DNA of 64,000 bases. Origin: an uncultured delta proteobacterium (GTDB lineage Bacteria; Desulfobacterota; Binatia; UBA9968). The notes beneath the pieces were generated by a model that searched no databases, was not told the DNA's origin, and was given only the letters and a program-made list of their open reading frames with translations. A program made the translations under genes and the position numbers. The stretch spans positions 13,753 through 77,752 of the forward strand of contig CAWJBB010000031.1 in the NCBI GenBank assembly GCA_963840855.1, read 5' to 3'. Each line of letters starts with the position of its first letter. Position 1 is the first letter of the stretch. Shown piece after piece: positions 49,820 to 60,632 of this stretch.

Positions 49820-51568
49820 TCATTGCTCTCCCTTGTCCCGATCTTCGGATCGTACTCGCTCGTAAATACGAACCAGCCCCTTTTCATCCGTGTACACAAA
49901 CTTCCAGGCCTGTGAATTTTCCTGGACGAGAGGATGAATGTAAGCGTTGACAAATTGCATCTCCCCTTCAAAATTCAAGACGATGTAGGTAACAGGAACG
50001 GAATCTAATAGGGCCTGAGCCCGACCGCGATTCGACTCCAGAGGGGGCCTCACCGCCTTCAATCCCTTCCTCAAGTAAACCCAGTGAGGCATCGAGGCGG
50101 CCACGACATCGGTTGATTTTGCTCTTTTTTTCAACCAATCCAGACCGTGATCAAGTGACTCGGCCGAAGGTTTGTAATAGAATAACCGATAGTCAACGAT
50201 CTTGCCGTCGTAGGTTTCCGAGCTGACCTTATCAAGATGATATTTGTACATTGAGTACAGGCTGTCTAATTCTGCACCAATAATCAGTGCTGGAACTGTC
50301 ATTAGAGCAATTGGCGCGCATTTTCGGACAAGCTTTGGTCGCAACATACGCAGCCAGGTCACGAGAGCGAGAAGACAGCTGAAAAGACTGACCACCAGGA
50401 AAGGAGCAACCGGCGTCAGATACCGGCGAAACTGCTCCGGCCAAGGCGTTGCACACAATAACAATACTGAGATCAATATATAAACTGGTATGAAGACTTC
50501 GCCCTGCCTGACAAAAACAATCATCCCACCCAGAACTAGTCCGCCGAGCAGAACCAAGGGAATGTAAAATGACCGTTGCGGAATCAGCTTCAGAATTGGA
50601 AAGCGCTGGCCGCGAAATTGAAATCGAGACCTCCAGTACTTTCGACTTTCGCTAACGGCCTCACCCAGGGTAACCCCGATTCCCAGAAAGTTTTGCCAGA
50701 AACGATTAGCCAGCTGCCGGGCTGTCGCTTTGCTGAACGCGGGGCTGTAAGCATCTTCCAGAGAAAGATTCGTTGCGTAGCTTATGTTGTGGTTTAGGTA
50801 TGCTGCACGTTGATACGGATAAGCGGGGCTCGTATACGATGGGCTGCGTTCAACATGGAATACATAGGCGTTCCAACACAGGACGGGAATCCCTGAAATC
50901 AGCAGCCGAACCGCTGCTCTCTTGAATTGCTTCTTGGCCAGACTTTCTGCGACCCAGGCTGCGAAAAGAGCAATCCCAGCAGTGCGCAATAAAAAAGCCG
51001 TCACAGCCAAAACCGCCGCCAATGTTTCATGGACCCGGTTGCTGCTTCGGTGTTTGCAAAGGACGAAGAGAACCGTCACCAGACCGAAAGGCATTTCAGA
51101 AAAAAAGAGATTCGAGTGAAATGTCACTTGTACATTCAGCAGAAACGCAAGAACACCTAAAAAAGCGAGATAGCGGGGAACAAACATCTTCAGCATGAAA
51201 AAAGTAGCAAACCCGAAAAATGCGTGAAACAAAAAGAAAAACATCTTCAGCCATCGGCCTACGATCACCGGGTCGCTAGTCCCCGATATTGTTTGAGCAA
51301 CCGCGGCCAACAAAGGCAGAAGGGGAGGATACTGAATGGCCTCAATTTCTCTCGGCTCATTGAGCAAGCGGTACCCCTTTCCCTGCGCAATGGAGGTTCC
51401 CAGTACGTAATAAACCGCCCCATCCCACCGCAGATCCAGAGGTCCGGCCCACCGCGGAGTCCACAGGCCGACGATTACGACGGTTACTGCCACGAGGAAG
51501 AGAAAGTCAGCCTTGAACCTAATTCGTGAGTGAAGGCAAGATGACAATTCTGGTTCCTCTGTGCTCAT
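49820..51568 (-). CDS. Multi-TM GT-C (ArnT/PMT-like) glycosyltransferase
   Basis: WDGAVYY, YPPLLP, FSEMP, RRYLTP; many TM segments. Confidence 0.75.
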   Translation of the reverse strand: MSTEEPELSSCLHSRIRFKADFLFLVAVTVVIVGLWTPRWAGPLDLRWDGAVYYVLGTSIAQGKGYRLLNEPREIEAIQYPPLLPLLAAVAQTISGTSDPVIVGRWLKMFFFLFHAFFGFATFFMLKMFVPRYLAFLGVLAFLLNVQVTFHSNLFFSEMPFGLVTVLFVLCKHRSSNRVHETLAAVLAVTAFLLRTAGIALFAAWVAESLAKKQFKRAAVRLLISGIPVLCWNAYVFHVERSPSYTSPAYPYQRAAYLNHNISYATNLSLEDAYSPAFSKATARQLANRFWQNFLGIGVTLGEAVSESRKYWRSRFQFRGQRFPILKLIPQRSFYIPLVLLGGLVLGGMIVFVRQGEVFIPVYILISVLLLCATPWPEQFRRYLTPVAPFLVVSLFSCLLALVTWLRMLRPKLVRKCAPIALMTVPALIIGAELDSLYSMYKYHLDKVSSETYDGKIVDYRLFYYKPSAESLDHGLDWLKKRAKSTDVVAASMPHWVYLRKGLKAVRPPLESNRGRAQALLDSVPVTYIVLNFEGEMQFVNAYIHPLVQENSQAWKFVYTDEKGLVRIYERVRSEDRDKGEQ

Positions 51569-52086
51569 TTACCGGTCCAATGTTCAGGGGGAATGTCACG
51601 TCGCTCTTTTAGGCACGCAAGTTAGTTATTCTCCGGTCTTAGGCTAGTCATTTTCGACGGTACTAACGCAGCTGAGCAACAGGTTCCGCCCCTTAAATGC
51701 CGACCAATAACCTCAAAAGCCAATGCTATTTGGGGTTAGCCTTTGCCGTGACGCTCAATAGAATGAATTGGAACAATGAACTAGGAGACAGCATGGTGTG
51801 CCGTAGCCAGTGCGAAATGTTCGGCTCCAATCATGGTTATCAGCGTGCGCAAAAAATTGGGACTAAGTTATAGGCAACACTTCGTCACCTCATAAGGTAA
51901 GGGAAGTTTTCCAAATAAGGTAAACCACATAGGGGAACGACGCGAAAAGGAGATGTGAATGGTACTCAATCGATACCTCCTATTTCTGTGCTCCTTCTTG
52001 GCTGAAATAGCCTATTTCTATTCATTTCAAATTTTCTCAGCCTCAATCCGATTTTCTTTATCGAGGTTCAGCCGATTGACTAACTA

Positions 52087-55000
52087 TTACGAGTTTTTGC
52101 AAAGAAACTGCTCGCTGCCGGTAGGCAACTGGCTTATCCACGAACGGACTGTGGGTTTGGCTCGCTGGTCTACTGTCCTCCAAAAATGTTGACGAGCGAT
52201 TCTCCAGCTGGCGATTTCCAACTTCACCCGGTTGCAATCCTCGATGTCCACTTCCCCGCAAAGAAGATCGACGCAGCCACCTCTTATGATTCCTCCTAGA
52301 GTTTCCTCAACGGCGCCTGGAGCGATGATTTTCAGAAGCCGGCAACGCTCAATTCCGTGCTCCTGAAACAGCTGCTCCAAGGTAATGGTGTCGACTGCCG
52401 CCGTCCGCAGTACACGCTGAGAAACCGCCGTCCCGGGGTTAATTGTGGCCCATGCGCTCTCCCTGGCATCGACGTACAGCGTTCGCTTTCGGCCGTCTCC
52501 GGAGACCGCCTTGTTAATGGCGAAGACATTTGTCACCGTATTGGCCTCAATATTTCGCGTGAGGCAAGCGTAGTTCAGGGGATCCGGCTCGATAGCGTAG
52601 ACCTTTATAAAGGGAAACTTCTTCGCCAGATAGATAGAGACCACGCCCACATGCGCGCCGACATCAATGACGGTGTCTCCCTCTTTAAACACGGCAGCCT
52701 GTGTGAGGTAATAGTCGTTTTGCATGCGCTGGATCGCGTGTTCTATGCCTGAGTTGGCGCAACGATACAAAAACAGCAATTGGTTGTTGATCCGGCAGGT
52801 TTCGATCAACGGCTCTTCAATTTGTAAAGCGAAAGGCTGCTTGCTGGTCAGCTGTTTAAGGCTGCTATTGACTGTCCGAAATGTATTTTTCACTTTTTTT
52901 AATTGAGATGACTTATTGATCACGGACCGCATTAAAGAGATCGCTCGCCTACGTAAAACTCCCCGCCTGCGCCGAGGATTCAGTAGGTCGCTCCGCCCGT
53001 ACTTAATCGCCGCAAAAAGCATTGTAAACAGGAGCCAGCGATGTCTCGTTACGCCTTCGTAAATATGGAGCCAGTTTCTGCTCATGCACAACAATCTCGA
53101 CAACTCATTGGGAGTCGCCTGTCGCGTGAACTCGCGCAAGCCTGCCTCAGGTATCAGAGCGAACTGCTTGGCCACCAACGCGAGAAACTCGCGCTTGTGC
53201 GCGGCTTGGACGCGGTCCTTTAGTAGCCAATCGAATTGCCTTAGCTGCACCCTGACCAGCATGGACCAAATGTCCGCCGAGACATCCCAGGCGGACATAT
53301 TATCGTGGATTTTCTGAAAAACGGTAAAGACCTCGAAAATCTTTCGACTGGTCCGCGCCGAAATCTGATCTGGTCGGTTCATTCGGTAATACAAGAGCGC
53401 TTTATCAAGAAGAGATATTCTCGCTGCGTTCAGGAGCACAGAAAAGTGAAAGCAGATGTCTTCATAGGAATTCATCCCGTCCTCAAATTGAATCGCGTGC
53501 TTTTCGAGGAACGAGCGCTTGTATAACTTGGTCCATGCGACAGGTTCCAGCAACAAGACCCGGGGTTCACTGCGCAAATCGAACGGCATGGTTCTCAATC
53601 GAGGGTCCAATCTCCGCCGGATGGAATGGTCGAAGAGGCGACCAAAGTTTTTAGAATCTTCGTAAAAGACCGTGGCATCGGCGATTAACACATCCAAGTT
53701 GTCCTCGCTGGCTCGCCGGTACATCTCCTCACATAGTCTGATATCCGCCCAGTCATCTGCATCGGTGAAGGCAATATACTTTCCGCGCGCCGCGCGCATG
53801 CCGATATTACGAACCGTAGCGAGACCCCGGTTGGACTCGCAGTGGATCACACGGACATTTGAATACGTTGCACTGTAGCCATTGATGATTTTCGCGCTGT
53901 TATCCGTAGACGCATCGTTGATCACGATAATTTCGGTGTTTTTCAACGTCTGATTGACCAAGGAATCCAAGCATTGGATCAGATACTTCTCGACGTTGTA
54001 GGCGGCGACGATGACGGACACCAAGGGAGAACCTACACTGTTCAGGTTATTCTCCTCGGACGATACCAATGGGGAAAAATCCGGATTACCCTTTTGCACC
54101 CCGCGGAGCCCATCATCACTGTGGTGAGGGCGCCTCGCGAAGGAGATGGTCTTGTTGCGCGAGTTTTTTTCGTTGGTTGACGCATAGGAACAGGATGGCT
54201 CCCGTCCGGGCGCTTCGTCGGATGAAACTGCCGATTCCAATATCCCGATCATACGCGCCGTCATGGTATCCCAGCGATGCCATTGCTCCGCCAGGTCACG
54301 AATCCCAGACCGCAAGCGTTCAAGCAAATCGCTGTTCTCGCTAATAAGGTGCATCGCCTCTGCCAGCAGCTCGGGGTCGCGCGGCGAGCATAGGTAGATG
54401 TTACGACCATGCTCGAGCATCTCGTCCCGCCCAACACGGAGTTCGGTACCAATGACAGGCACGCCGTGGGTGCTCGCCGCGGCCAAAGAACTGCTATTCA
54501 GAGTTACCCCATAATCAAAAGGCAGGACGCAGGCATCGGCCGCGTATAGGTAGCGAGAGCCTTCATCGCTGTCCCAATTGAAATTTCCTGTCCAGATAAC
54601 TTTGTCGGCTATTCCAAGTATTCCCGGAAGGCGCTGGACCATTTGAAAGTAGTCCTTGCACTTACGGTTTGGTATCTCAAGGTTGCCACCCACAAGCGCT
54701 AGGCGTGCGTTCGAGTTTCGTTGCGATACGATACGAAAGGCCCGCAAAAGCGTCTCCACCCCTTTTCCTGGATAGATGTAACCCCAGTAGACCCAGACGA
54801 AGTCGTCAGGCCCGGCGCCCAGGACCTCACGAGCTCGATGCCGAGCGACGTCGGGTGAATCCGTGCAGAATCGGATGAGCGGCGGCGGTGGCAGGACTAC
54901 GCTCTTCTCCTCGATTCCCGCATCCCGGGTAAGAAGCCTTGCCCGATGCGGAGTGCTTAAAACGATCACCCGAGCGCTATCGCGGAGGAGCGTTCCGAAA

Positions 55001-55437
55001 AACCAGTGTACGCCTCGACCGAAGCGGAGTGCCATCATCTTGCGCCGCACTCGTGCGAGCGGCGAACGCGGGGGGGCTTCTGTGGCCACAATCTCAAATT
55101 GGGAGACGCATGGGACGCCGCGGAGAACGCGCTTGCTGTAGGTCGGCAGGTACGTAATCATCGGTTCGTGGTTAAATACCCACCCGATGTAAAGAAGAAG
55201 AACCACATCCGGTTGACACTCGCGCAGGCATGCAAGAAGTCGAGGGACATCTGCCCAGCTCCAGTCCTTCATGACGGGATGCACGACAATGTTCGGGTGC
55301 GTGGCGGCGATACTTCCCTTTTTGCACAGGACGTGCACAGCAAGTCCTGACTGGGCCAATTGTTCGCTCAGGTGGAGCGCATGATTTGCCTCGGGAGCAG
55401 GATCCGGCGGAAACGCGCAAACGAGCAACACTCTCAT
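52087..55437 (-). CDS. Fusion protein: GT4 + GT2 + FkbM-type methyltransferase
   Basis: GT4 (YIYPGKGVE), GT2 (SVIVAAYNVE, NDASTD, TDADD), FkbM (DVGAHVG, IEPDP). Confidence 0.88.
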   Translation of the reverse strand: MRVLLVCAFPPDPAPEANHALHLSEQLAQSGLAVHVLCKKGSIAATHPNIVVHPVMKDWSWADVPRLLACLRECQPDVVLLLYIGWVFNHEPMITYLPTYSKRVLRGVPCVSQFEIVATEAPPRSPLARVRRKMMALRFGRGVHWFFGTLLRDSARVIVLSTPHRARLLTRDAGIEEKSVVLPPPPLIRFCTDSPDVARHRAREVLGAGPDDFVWVYWGYIYPGKGVETLLRAFRIVSQRNSNARLALVGGNLEIPNRKCKDYFQMVQRLPGILGIADKVIWTGNFNWDSDEGSRYLYAADACVLPFDYGVTLNSSSLAAASTHGVPVIGTELRVGRDEMLEHGRNIYLCSPRDPELLAEAMHLISENSDLLERLRSGIRDLAEQWHRWDTMTARMIGILESAVSSDEAPGREPSCSYASTNEKNSRNKTISFARRPHHSDDGLRGVQKGNPDFSPLVSSEENNLNSVGSPLVSVIVAAYNVEKYLIQCLDSLVNQTLKNTEIIVINDASTDNSAKIINGYSATYSNVRVIHCESNRGLATVRNIGMRAARGKYIAFTDADDWADIRLCEEMYRRASEDNLDVLIADATVFYEDSKNFGRLFDHSIRRRLDPRLRTMPFDLRSEPRVLLLEPVAWTKLYKRSFLEKHAIQFEDGMNSYEDICFHFSVLLNAARISLLDKALLYYRMNRPDQISARTSRKIFEVFTVFQKIHDNMSAWDVSADIWSMLVRVQLRQFDWLLKDRVQAAHKREFLALVAKQFALIPEAGLREFTRQATPNELSRLLCMSRNWLHIYEGVTRHRWLLFTMLFAAIKYGRSDLLNPRRRRGVLRRRAISLMRSVINKSSQLKKVKNTFRTVNSSLKQLTSKQPFALQIEEPLIETCRINNQLLFLYRCANSGIEHAIQRMQNDYYLTQAAVFKEGDTVIDVGAHVGVVSIYLAKKFPFIKVYAIEPDPLNYACLTRNIEANTVTNVFAINKAVSGDGRKRTLYVDARESAWATINPGTAVSQRVLRTAAVDTITLEQLFQEHGIERCRLLKIIAPGAVEETLGGIIRGGCVDLLCGEVDIEDCNRVKLEIASWRIARQHFWRTVDQRAKPTVRSWISQLPTGSEQFLCKNS

Positions 55438-55700
55438 GATTTAAACGGTGGTGTAGCGAGGTGGCTCAGCAATCGCCGCGCATCTCGGCTGTCGAAGAGG
55501 ACGTCGTAGACGATATTGCGACGGCCGTCTCCACAGCCCAGCTTGCTCTGTCCATGAAGGAGGTCCACGGCATGCCGAAAGGCTTGCACCCGCGACAGCA
55601 GTCGATCTTCGCGGATTGGATCTCGTTGCTGCCGGTAATCATCACGGTAGCACTGACGACGCGAGAGGGTTGCGATCATCGATGTGACGGCACTTTTCAC
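55434..55700 (-). pseudogene. Truncated class I methyltransferase N-terminus
   Basis: RDPIREDRLLSRVQAFRH...LGCGDG, only 88 aa. Confidence 0.45.
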
Positions 55701-55716
55701 GACATTCTCCTTTCGG

Positions 55717-56772
55717 TCAGCACTTTAGTCGCTCTTGCCATGCACTGATGATCTCCATAAAGATGTCGGTAAGAGAGCGTGTGATATTCCATCCCCGGTG
55801 GTGACTTTGAAAACGCTCAAGGTTGCTGATGTAGCAGATGTGATCACCTTCACGCGGCTGTTCATGGTACTGGTACTTCATCTTCTTGCCCGTTAGTTGT
55901 TCTACGGTCTGGAACGCCTCGAAAATTGAGCAAGAATTGGCCCTACCGCCTCCAAGGTTGTAGACTTCGGCAATCCGAGGACTCCGGTAGACAGCTTCAA
56001 CCGCGGTTGCAACGTCATAGCTATGAATATTGTCCCGGACCTGTTTCCCCTTGTAACCGTAAATCTGATAGGTGCTCTGTTGGAGCTGGACTTTCACCAG
56101 ATAAGAGAGAAATCCATGCAGTTCGACCCCTGAATGATTCGGTCCGGTCAGACAGCCGCACCGCAGACAGCATGTCCTCATGCCGAAGTAGCGACCGTAC
56201 TCCTGAACCATAACATCGGCAGCCACCTTGCTCGCACCAAATATCGAGTGCTTGGAAGAGTCGATGCGCATTTGTTCAGTAATCCCCCAATGATCTTCCG
56301 GATTTGCATAGTCCCATCGCCAATCGAGTTCATTCAGAGGTAGCTCATTGGGGGCATCACCATAGACTTTATTAGTCGACATAAACACAAAAACTGCCTC
56401 CGGGCTTAACTGTCGCGTGATCTCGAGGACATTCATCGTCCCCATCGCGTTGACATCGAAGTCGTCTAGTGGACGCCTGGCTGCGAGGTCGTGACTAGGT
56501 TGCGCTGCACAGTGGACGATTAGATCAAAGGGTCCCTCATCCCGGAACAGGGATTGTAACCCATACCGGTCGCGTACATCGATGTCATGAGCCCGAAAGT
56601 TTCGCGTTGTCCGCAATAGCCGATTCAGGTTCCAGCGGGTATCGCCCTCGGGGCCGAAGAAGTCAGCTCGCATGTTATTGTCGATTCCGACGACGGACTG
56701 GGCGCGTTGGTCAAAGTAGCTGACCAATTCAGAACCGATCAATCCACTGGATCCGGTAATTAAGACCCTCAT
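55717..56772 (-). CDS. NAD-dependent sugar epimerase (CDP-paratose 2-epimerase-like)
   Basis: [35 protein letters not shown]. Confidence 0.9.
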   Translation of the reverse strand: MRVLITGSSGLIGSELVSYFDQRAQSVVGIDNNMRADFFGPEGDTRWNLNRLLRTTRNFRAHDIDVRDRYGLQSLFRDEGPFDLIVHCAAQPSHDLAARRPLDDFDVNAMGTMNVLEITRQLSPEAVFVFMSTNKVYGDAPNELPLNELDWRWDYANPEDHWGITEQMRIDSSKHSIFGASKVAADVMVQEYGRYFGMRTCCLRCGCLTGPNHSGVELHGFLSYLVKVQLQQSTYQIYGYKGKQVRDNIHSYDVATAVEAVYRSPRIAEVYNLGGGRANSCSIFEAFQTVEQLTGKKMKYQYHEQPREGDHICYISNLERFQSHHRGWNITRSLTDIFMEIISAWQERLKC

Positions 56773-57597
56773 GACAAATCGTTTACGCCTAATTATAAGG
56801 CGCTTCAAACCGTAATCCATGGACAACGAGTGAAGAATCTTCCTTTCCTCGGCATTTGCATCCTAAATCTTTGTCCGATGGTATTTGCAGCTAGCGAGCC
56901 CGGAGAGAACTTTGATATCGGCCTGATCCGCTGGCATTTTAGCAAAGGGCCGATACTAGCGTCAGTAAGCATTTTGGACATCATGGGACAGTCTAGGTTC
57001 GTCATAACGGCGCCGATGCGAATGAAAGAAAAGTTCTCGTGCCGTTCCGAGAGCGTGTAACTTTGGGTTCACGCTGCTATTTCTCCTACCTCCGTTCAAC
57101 CCGTTTTGATATCAAGTAACAGATTAGCCATGCTGAACAGGTTCGAAGCCTTGGAGCGACGTAACGCTCCCAAGAACGCGGCAAAGAGAGTTAGCACGGC
57201 AAGAATTACCTACCCTAAAGGCCAGCTGGCTAATTGGGACCCACCCAGCCCTTTCCCCAACTCTTATCCAGCGCGAACAGGGTCCCTCTACCGAAGCATA
57301 CCAGAATCGCACCGGGGCACGCGACACCTCCAAGCCCACTTGAGTGTTAGACTACGATGCCCATCGCGTATGTGGTGGGCTACAGTATAACGATCGCAGC
57401 CATATGAAAGGTTCCACAAACTTCCTGTCAAGGGACGGATACAAGCCCGTTCGCTCCATCAGATGTGCGGTTGTGCGTAACGCTGTTCAATCTCGAACCA
57501 TTCCTTAACGCGAACTGCAGACGCCGATTCGATACTTTGCCTATCAATACGATGACCTTCATCAAGTCGTTTGGCGTGGGATCCTGGAATAGCGAGG

Positions 57598-58593
57598 CTA
57601 TTTCCGTTGCTTTCGCGCGGTCTGTTGTTTTTTGGCCGTGCGGTAATAAGAAATTATCGCGCGTAAAAAATGATTCGGATTGCAAACCGTCGCTAATTGT
57701 CGATCGCGGATGAGATACATCAAAGTTTCTAAAAAGGGCCCGAGGCCTGTGCGCAACCCTGCAAATAGCATCTTCCAGACCTGCTGGCAGAGGGCCGCAC
57801 GTGTTTGCTCTTTCTCCATGGCCGAGAGCTTCAATACGTCGGCGTCATCGGTCATTTTCTGAAGTACCATGAGTTTATAATGGTTTAACTTCGAAATGTT
57901 CCGCGGGTGCGTCAAGTTATGATCATGTGCTCGTTTTTGCGCAACTACCCGGGGATAATAAGCAAACTGACCGATGACGGACAACCGAAGGAAAAGGTGT
58001 CGGTCTTCGGCACTTTTAATGGCTTCATCGAAGGCCCCAATTCTCTCCAATGCTTTTTTTGAGACCAAAGATGCGCTCAACTGCACATAAGTGCCCGGCA
58101 ATAAGCTGACGTACGCAGAGCCTTTCATGAGACGGAGTCCGTCTTTCTCTTCGTGGTACTCGACGCTCTCAATTCGACTTCCAACAAGGAGGCTCGTCTT
58201 GATTATTTGGTGGGCGTCAAAACGAAGGGCATCGCCAAAACAGACTAGAAGTTCAGGATGGCGCTTGAATCCAATTTCGAGCTGCTCCAGGTGATGCGGC
58301 AAAAAGCGATCGTCCGAATCCAAGAATGCGACGAGGTCTGCTTCTGCATGACGGAGGCCGGTGTTACGGGCTGCGGAAACACCGCGATTACCCTGTTGCC
58401 GCAGCTTTAGCCCAGGAAAGTTCTCGCGTCGCCAACTCAGAACTCGCGCGGCCGTGCCGTCGACTGAGCCATCGTCGACCACAATAATTTGTTCCGGGAG
58501 CCGGCTTTGACCGATCACGCTGTCGAGTGCTTCGCAGATGTACGACTCCGCATTGTATGCCGGAATAACCACCGCGATGGTATAATCTTTCAT
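57598..58593 (-). CDS. GT2 glycosyltransferase
   Basis: VIPAYN, VDDGS, SAARNTG, LDSDD, ED. Confidence 0.9.
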   Translation of the reverse strand: MKDYTIAVVIPAYNAESYICEALDSVIGQSRLPEQIIVVDDGSVDGTAARVLSWRRENFPGLKLRQQGNRGVSAARNTGLRHAEADLVAFLDSDDRFLPHHLEQLEIGFKRHPELLVCFGDALRFDAHQIIKTSLLVGSRIESVEYHEEKDGLRLMKGSAYVSLLPGTYVQLSASLVSKKALERIGAFDEAIKSAEDRHLFLRLSVIGQFAYYPRVVAQKRAHDHNLTHPRNISKLNHYKLMVLQKMTDDADVLKLSAMEKEQTRAALCQQVWKMLFAGLRTGLGPFLETLMYLIRDRQLATVCNPNHFLRAIISYYRTAKKQQTARKQRK

Positions 58594-59540
58594 CTACGAC
58601 CTATCATAGCGGCAACGAGACTTCGCCACGCCTTTGATCGCAATGGCTGATATAGAATTGACCGACCGGCAGACATTGCCGCGAGGCGCCATTCTCCACG
58701 CCCCCTATGGTAACCCGAGTTCTGCTCAAAAAGCGCACACAATTTTTTTCGAATGAGACCCCGGTAGGGCCTAAAATGTGGCTCGTCTTGAAGCAAACGC
58801 ATCGCGACTATGTACCAATTTGCGGGAGCTCCTTGGTTGCGAGAAACGCTCATTGCGTGATCCCGATAATACGTAACCACCTCTGGAACAAAATAAAAGT
58901 CCGCTTCATAAGCTAGGCGAATCCATAGGTGATGGTCTTCGTAGCTGCCCAAAGTCGCGTTGAATCCGCCCACACCTTCTAGCAACGCTTTCTTCGCCAA
59001 AATCGTGCTCGTCCAACCGAGGCTCGTACGCAGAAACTCAACCACTGGCTTCCTCAGCCTCAACACGGTGCCTGTTTCATAGGCATGACGAAGCTTATTA
59101 TGCGTTTTGGAACGAGATTTGAAAACCCCTTCCGAGCCGTGCGTGCCGTTTTCATATTGGCGCAGAAAATCCGCGCCGATCCATTGCGCCTCAGGAAAGC
59201 TTTCTAACACCCGGCAGCGAACTCGCAGCGCGTGAGGCAGCCAAATGTCATCGGCATCCAAGAAGGCAATCCACTCCCCGGTTGCTTCGGCAATACCGAA
59301 ATTGCGGGCGCTGGCCGCGCCGATGGGGCCCGGGTTGTGAACGACACGGACTCTCCGCTCAGCCGTTTCCCAATAACGAAGTCGCTGTAAGGTATTCGAG
59401 TCAGAACTATGATCATTTATTACAATAATCTCTATATTATCGGAGAAAGCTTCTTGTCGCAGCGCTGATTTGATGGCGTCGTCCAGGTATTGTCCGTAAT
59501 CGCGGCACGGAATCACGACGCTTAGAAAATAATTTCGCAT
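58590..59540 (-). CDS. GT2 glycosyltransferase
   Basis: VVIPC, INDHSSD, SARNFG, LDADD, ED. Confidence 0.9.
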   Translation of the reverse strand: MRNYFLSVVIPCRDYGQYLDDAIKSALRQEAFSDNIEIIVINDHSSDSNTLQRLRYWETAERRVRVVHNPGPIGAASARNFGIAEATGEWIAFLDADDIWLPHALRVRCRVLESFPEAQWIGADFLRQYENGTHGSEGVFKSRSKTHNKLRHAYETGTVLRLRKPVVEFLRTSLGWTSTILAKKALLEGVGGFNATLGSYEDHHLWIRLAYEADFYFVPEVVTYYRDHAMSVSRNQGAPANWYIVAMRLLQDEPHFRPYRGLIRKKLCALFEQNSGYHRGRGEWRLAAMSAGRSILYQPLRSKAWRSLVAAMIGRR

Positions 59541-60516
59541 CTCGCCTTATATTGTAATTCGCCGGCTTCGAACGGCCCTTACAGCTTGCTTCTCGCCAGT
59601 CCAGTCTCCGGTCAAGATACTGGTCCCTATGTCTAAAGTAAGCATATGGTTTGTATCGTTAGTATGAGCCATCACGTTGGTTTTTTACAGTGCCCAAAGC
59701 CCCTAACCAGTGACGATTCTGAGCGGGGATATTGCGCTCGCTGAAAAGAACGAAACGAAGCTTTTGTTTGCCCATCAACAAGCTTTCAAATTTATGAAAA
59801 CTGGGTTTTGTAGCAAAGTGAACCTAACAGGGGTTAATAGCAACGTGATTATGTCAGGGTGTGGGGATGACAACCCTGACGATGCGAGACGAGAAGCGGA
59901 TAGAGGTTATTCAAAGATGTTTCGGGGAATTCCGGTAGTTCATCGCGCAAGGAAGAAGACCCTGTTACACGCAAAGTAGACCAGTGTTGACTCGTCACTT
60001 TTTAGTAAACGGAACCCGAGAGGTTTCCTGGTCTCTACAGCAAACCCGTTCATCCGAACATTTCTACAGGCTCGATCCTGCACTGCGTCAACATCCATCC
60101 AAACTTTATACTGATCGCCGTTCCTGATTTTCACTGTTTCATTGCCTTTTTGTCGCTTAACCTGAAAGCCGAACGACTGCCGGAACTCTCAATATCCTAA
60201 AGCCAGGGGCAGCTTTGGGGGCAACACTCATTTCCGCACTCATATTTTCGAGATATATCCGCAGCTTAGAATTTTAATATAATTCCCCCCGCCCCACCAG
60301 TCCGCGCATTGGAAAGAGCTTCTTCTTGATCTCCCCTCTCCCCCCAAGGGCATTGAGGCCGAACTCTCCTGAGATGCGCGAACTTGAAGGCGCTCTGTAT
60401 GAGTATTGTCGGCACCTTGCATGCGAACGGTGCGGTTTAGCCGTTTCGATCCGCTAGAGCTGGTATGTGGTGCGGAGGGTTCTCTCAATCCGTTGTAGTC
60501 GGGACTTTGCCAGCTT

Positions 60517-60559
60517 ATTTTGAGTCCGGCGCGTCTGCCGTTCCACCACTCCGGCACGA
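60517..60559 (-). repeat. att repeat: 5' half of tRNA-Leu (nt 1-39 plus 4 nt of leader)
   Basis: Identical to 41668-41710; identity ends one base past the anticodon loop. Confidence 0.93.
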
Positions 60560-60562
60560 AGA

Positions 60563-60598
60563 GTTATTATTAATAACGAAGCAGCGATTGGGATACAA
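60563..60598 (-). promoter_or_regulatory. Probable native tRNA-Leu promoter region
   Basis: TTGTAT-17 bp-TATTAA(TAAT) on the minus strand; contains the palindrome gttatta-t-taataac. Confidence 0.45.
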
Positions 60599-60632
60599 GA
60601 GGATCAAATCGGCGCAAAGAACGACGACCCAA

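Larger units (their letters stand above)
41668..60559. mobile_element. Integrative genomic island at tRNA-Leu bounded by 43-bp direct repeats
   Basis: Identical 43-mers at 41668-41710 and 60517-60559; integrase at one end; visibly more AT-rich cargo; no GTTCAA arrays seen inside. Confidence 0.9.

Noticed and set aside
60240-60557. ORFs reading (M/V)[13 protein letters not shown] (also 41469-41726)
   Set aside because: They are translations of the tRNA/att sequence.
41668-60559. Prophage or ICE
   Set aside because: No capsid, terminase, relaxase or T4SS genes; only an integrase and cargo.
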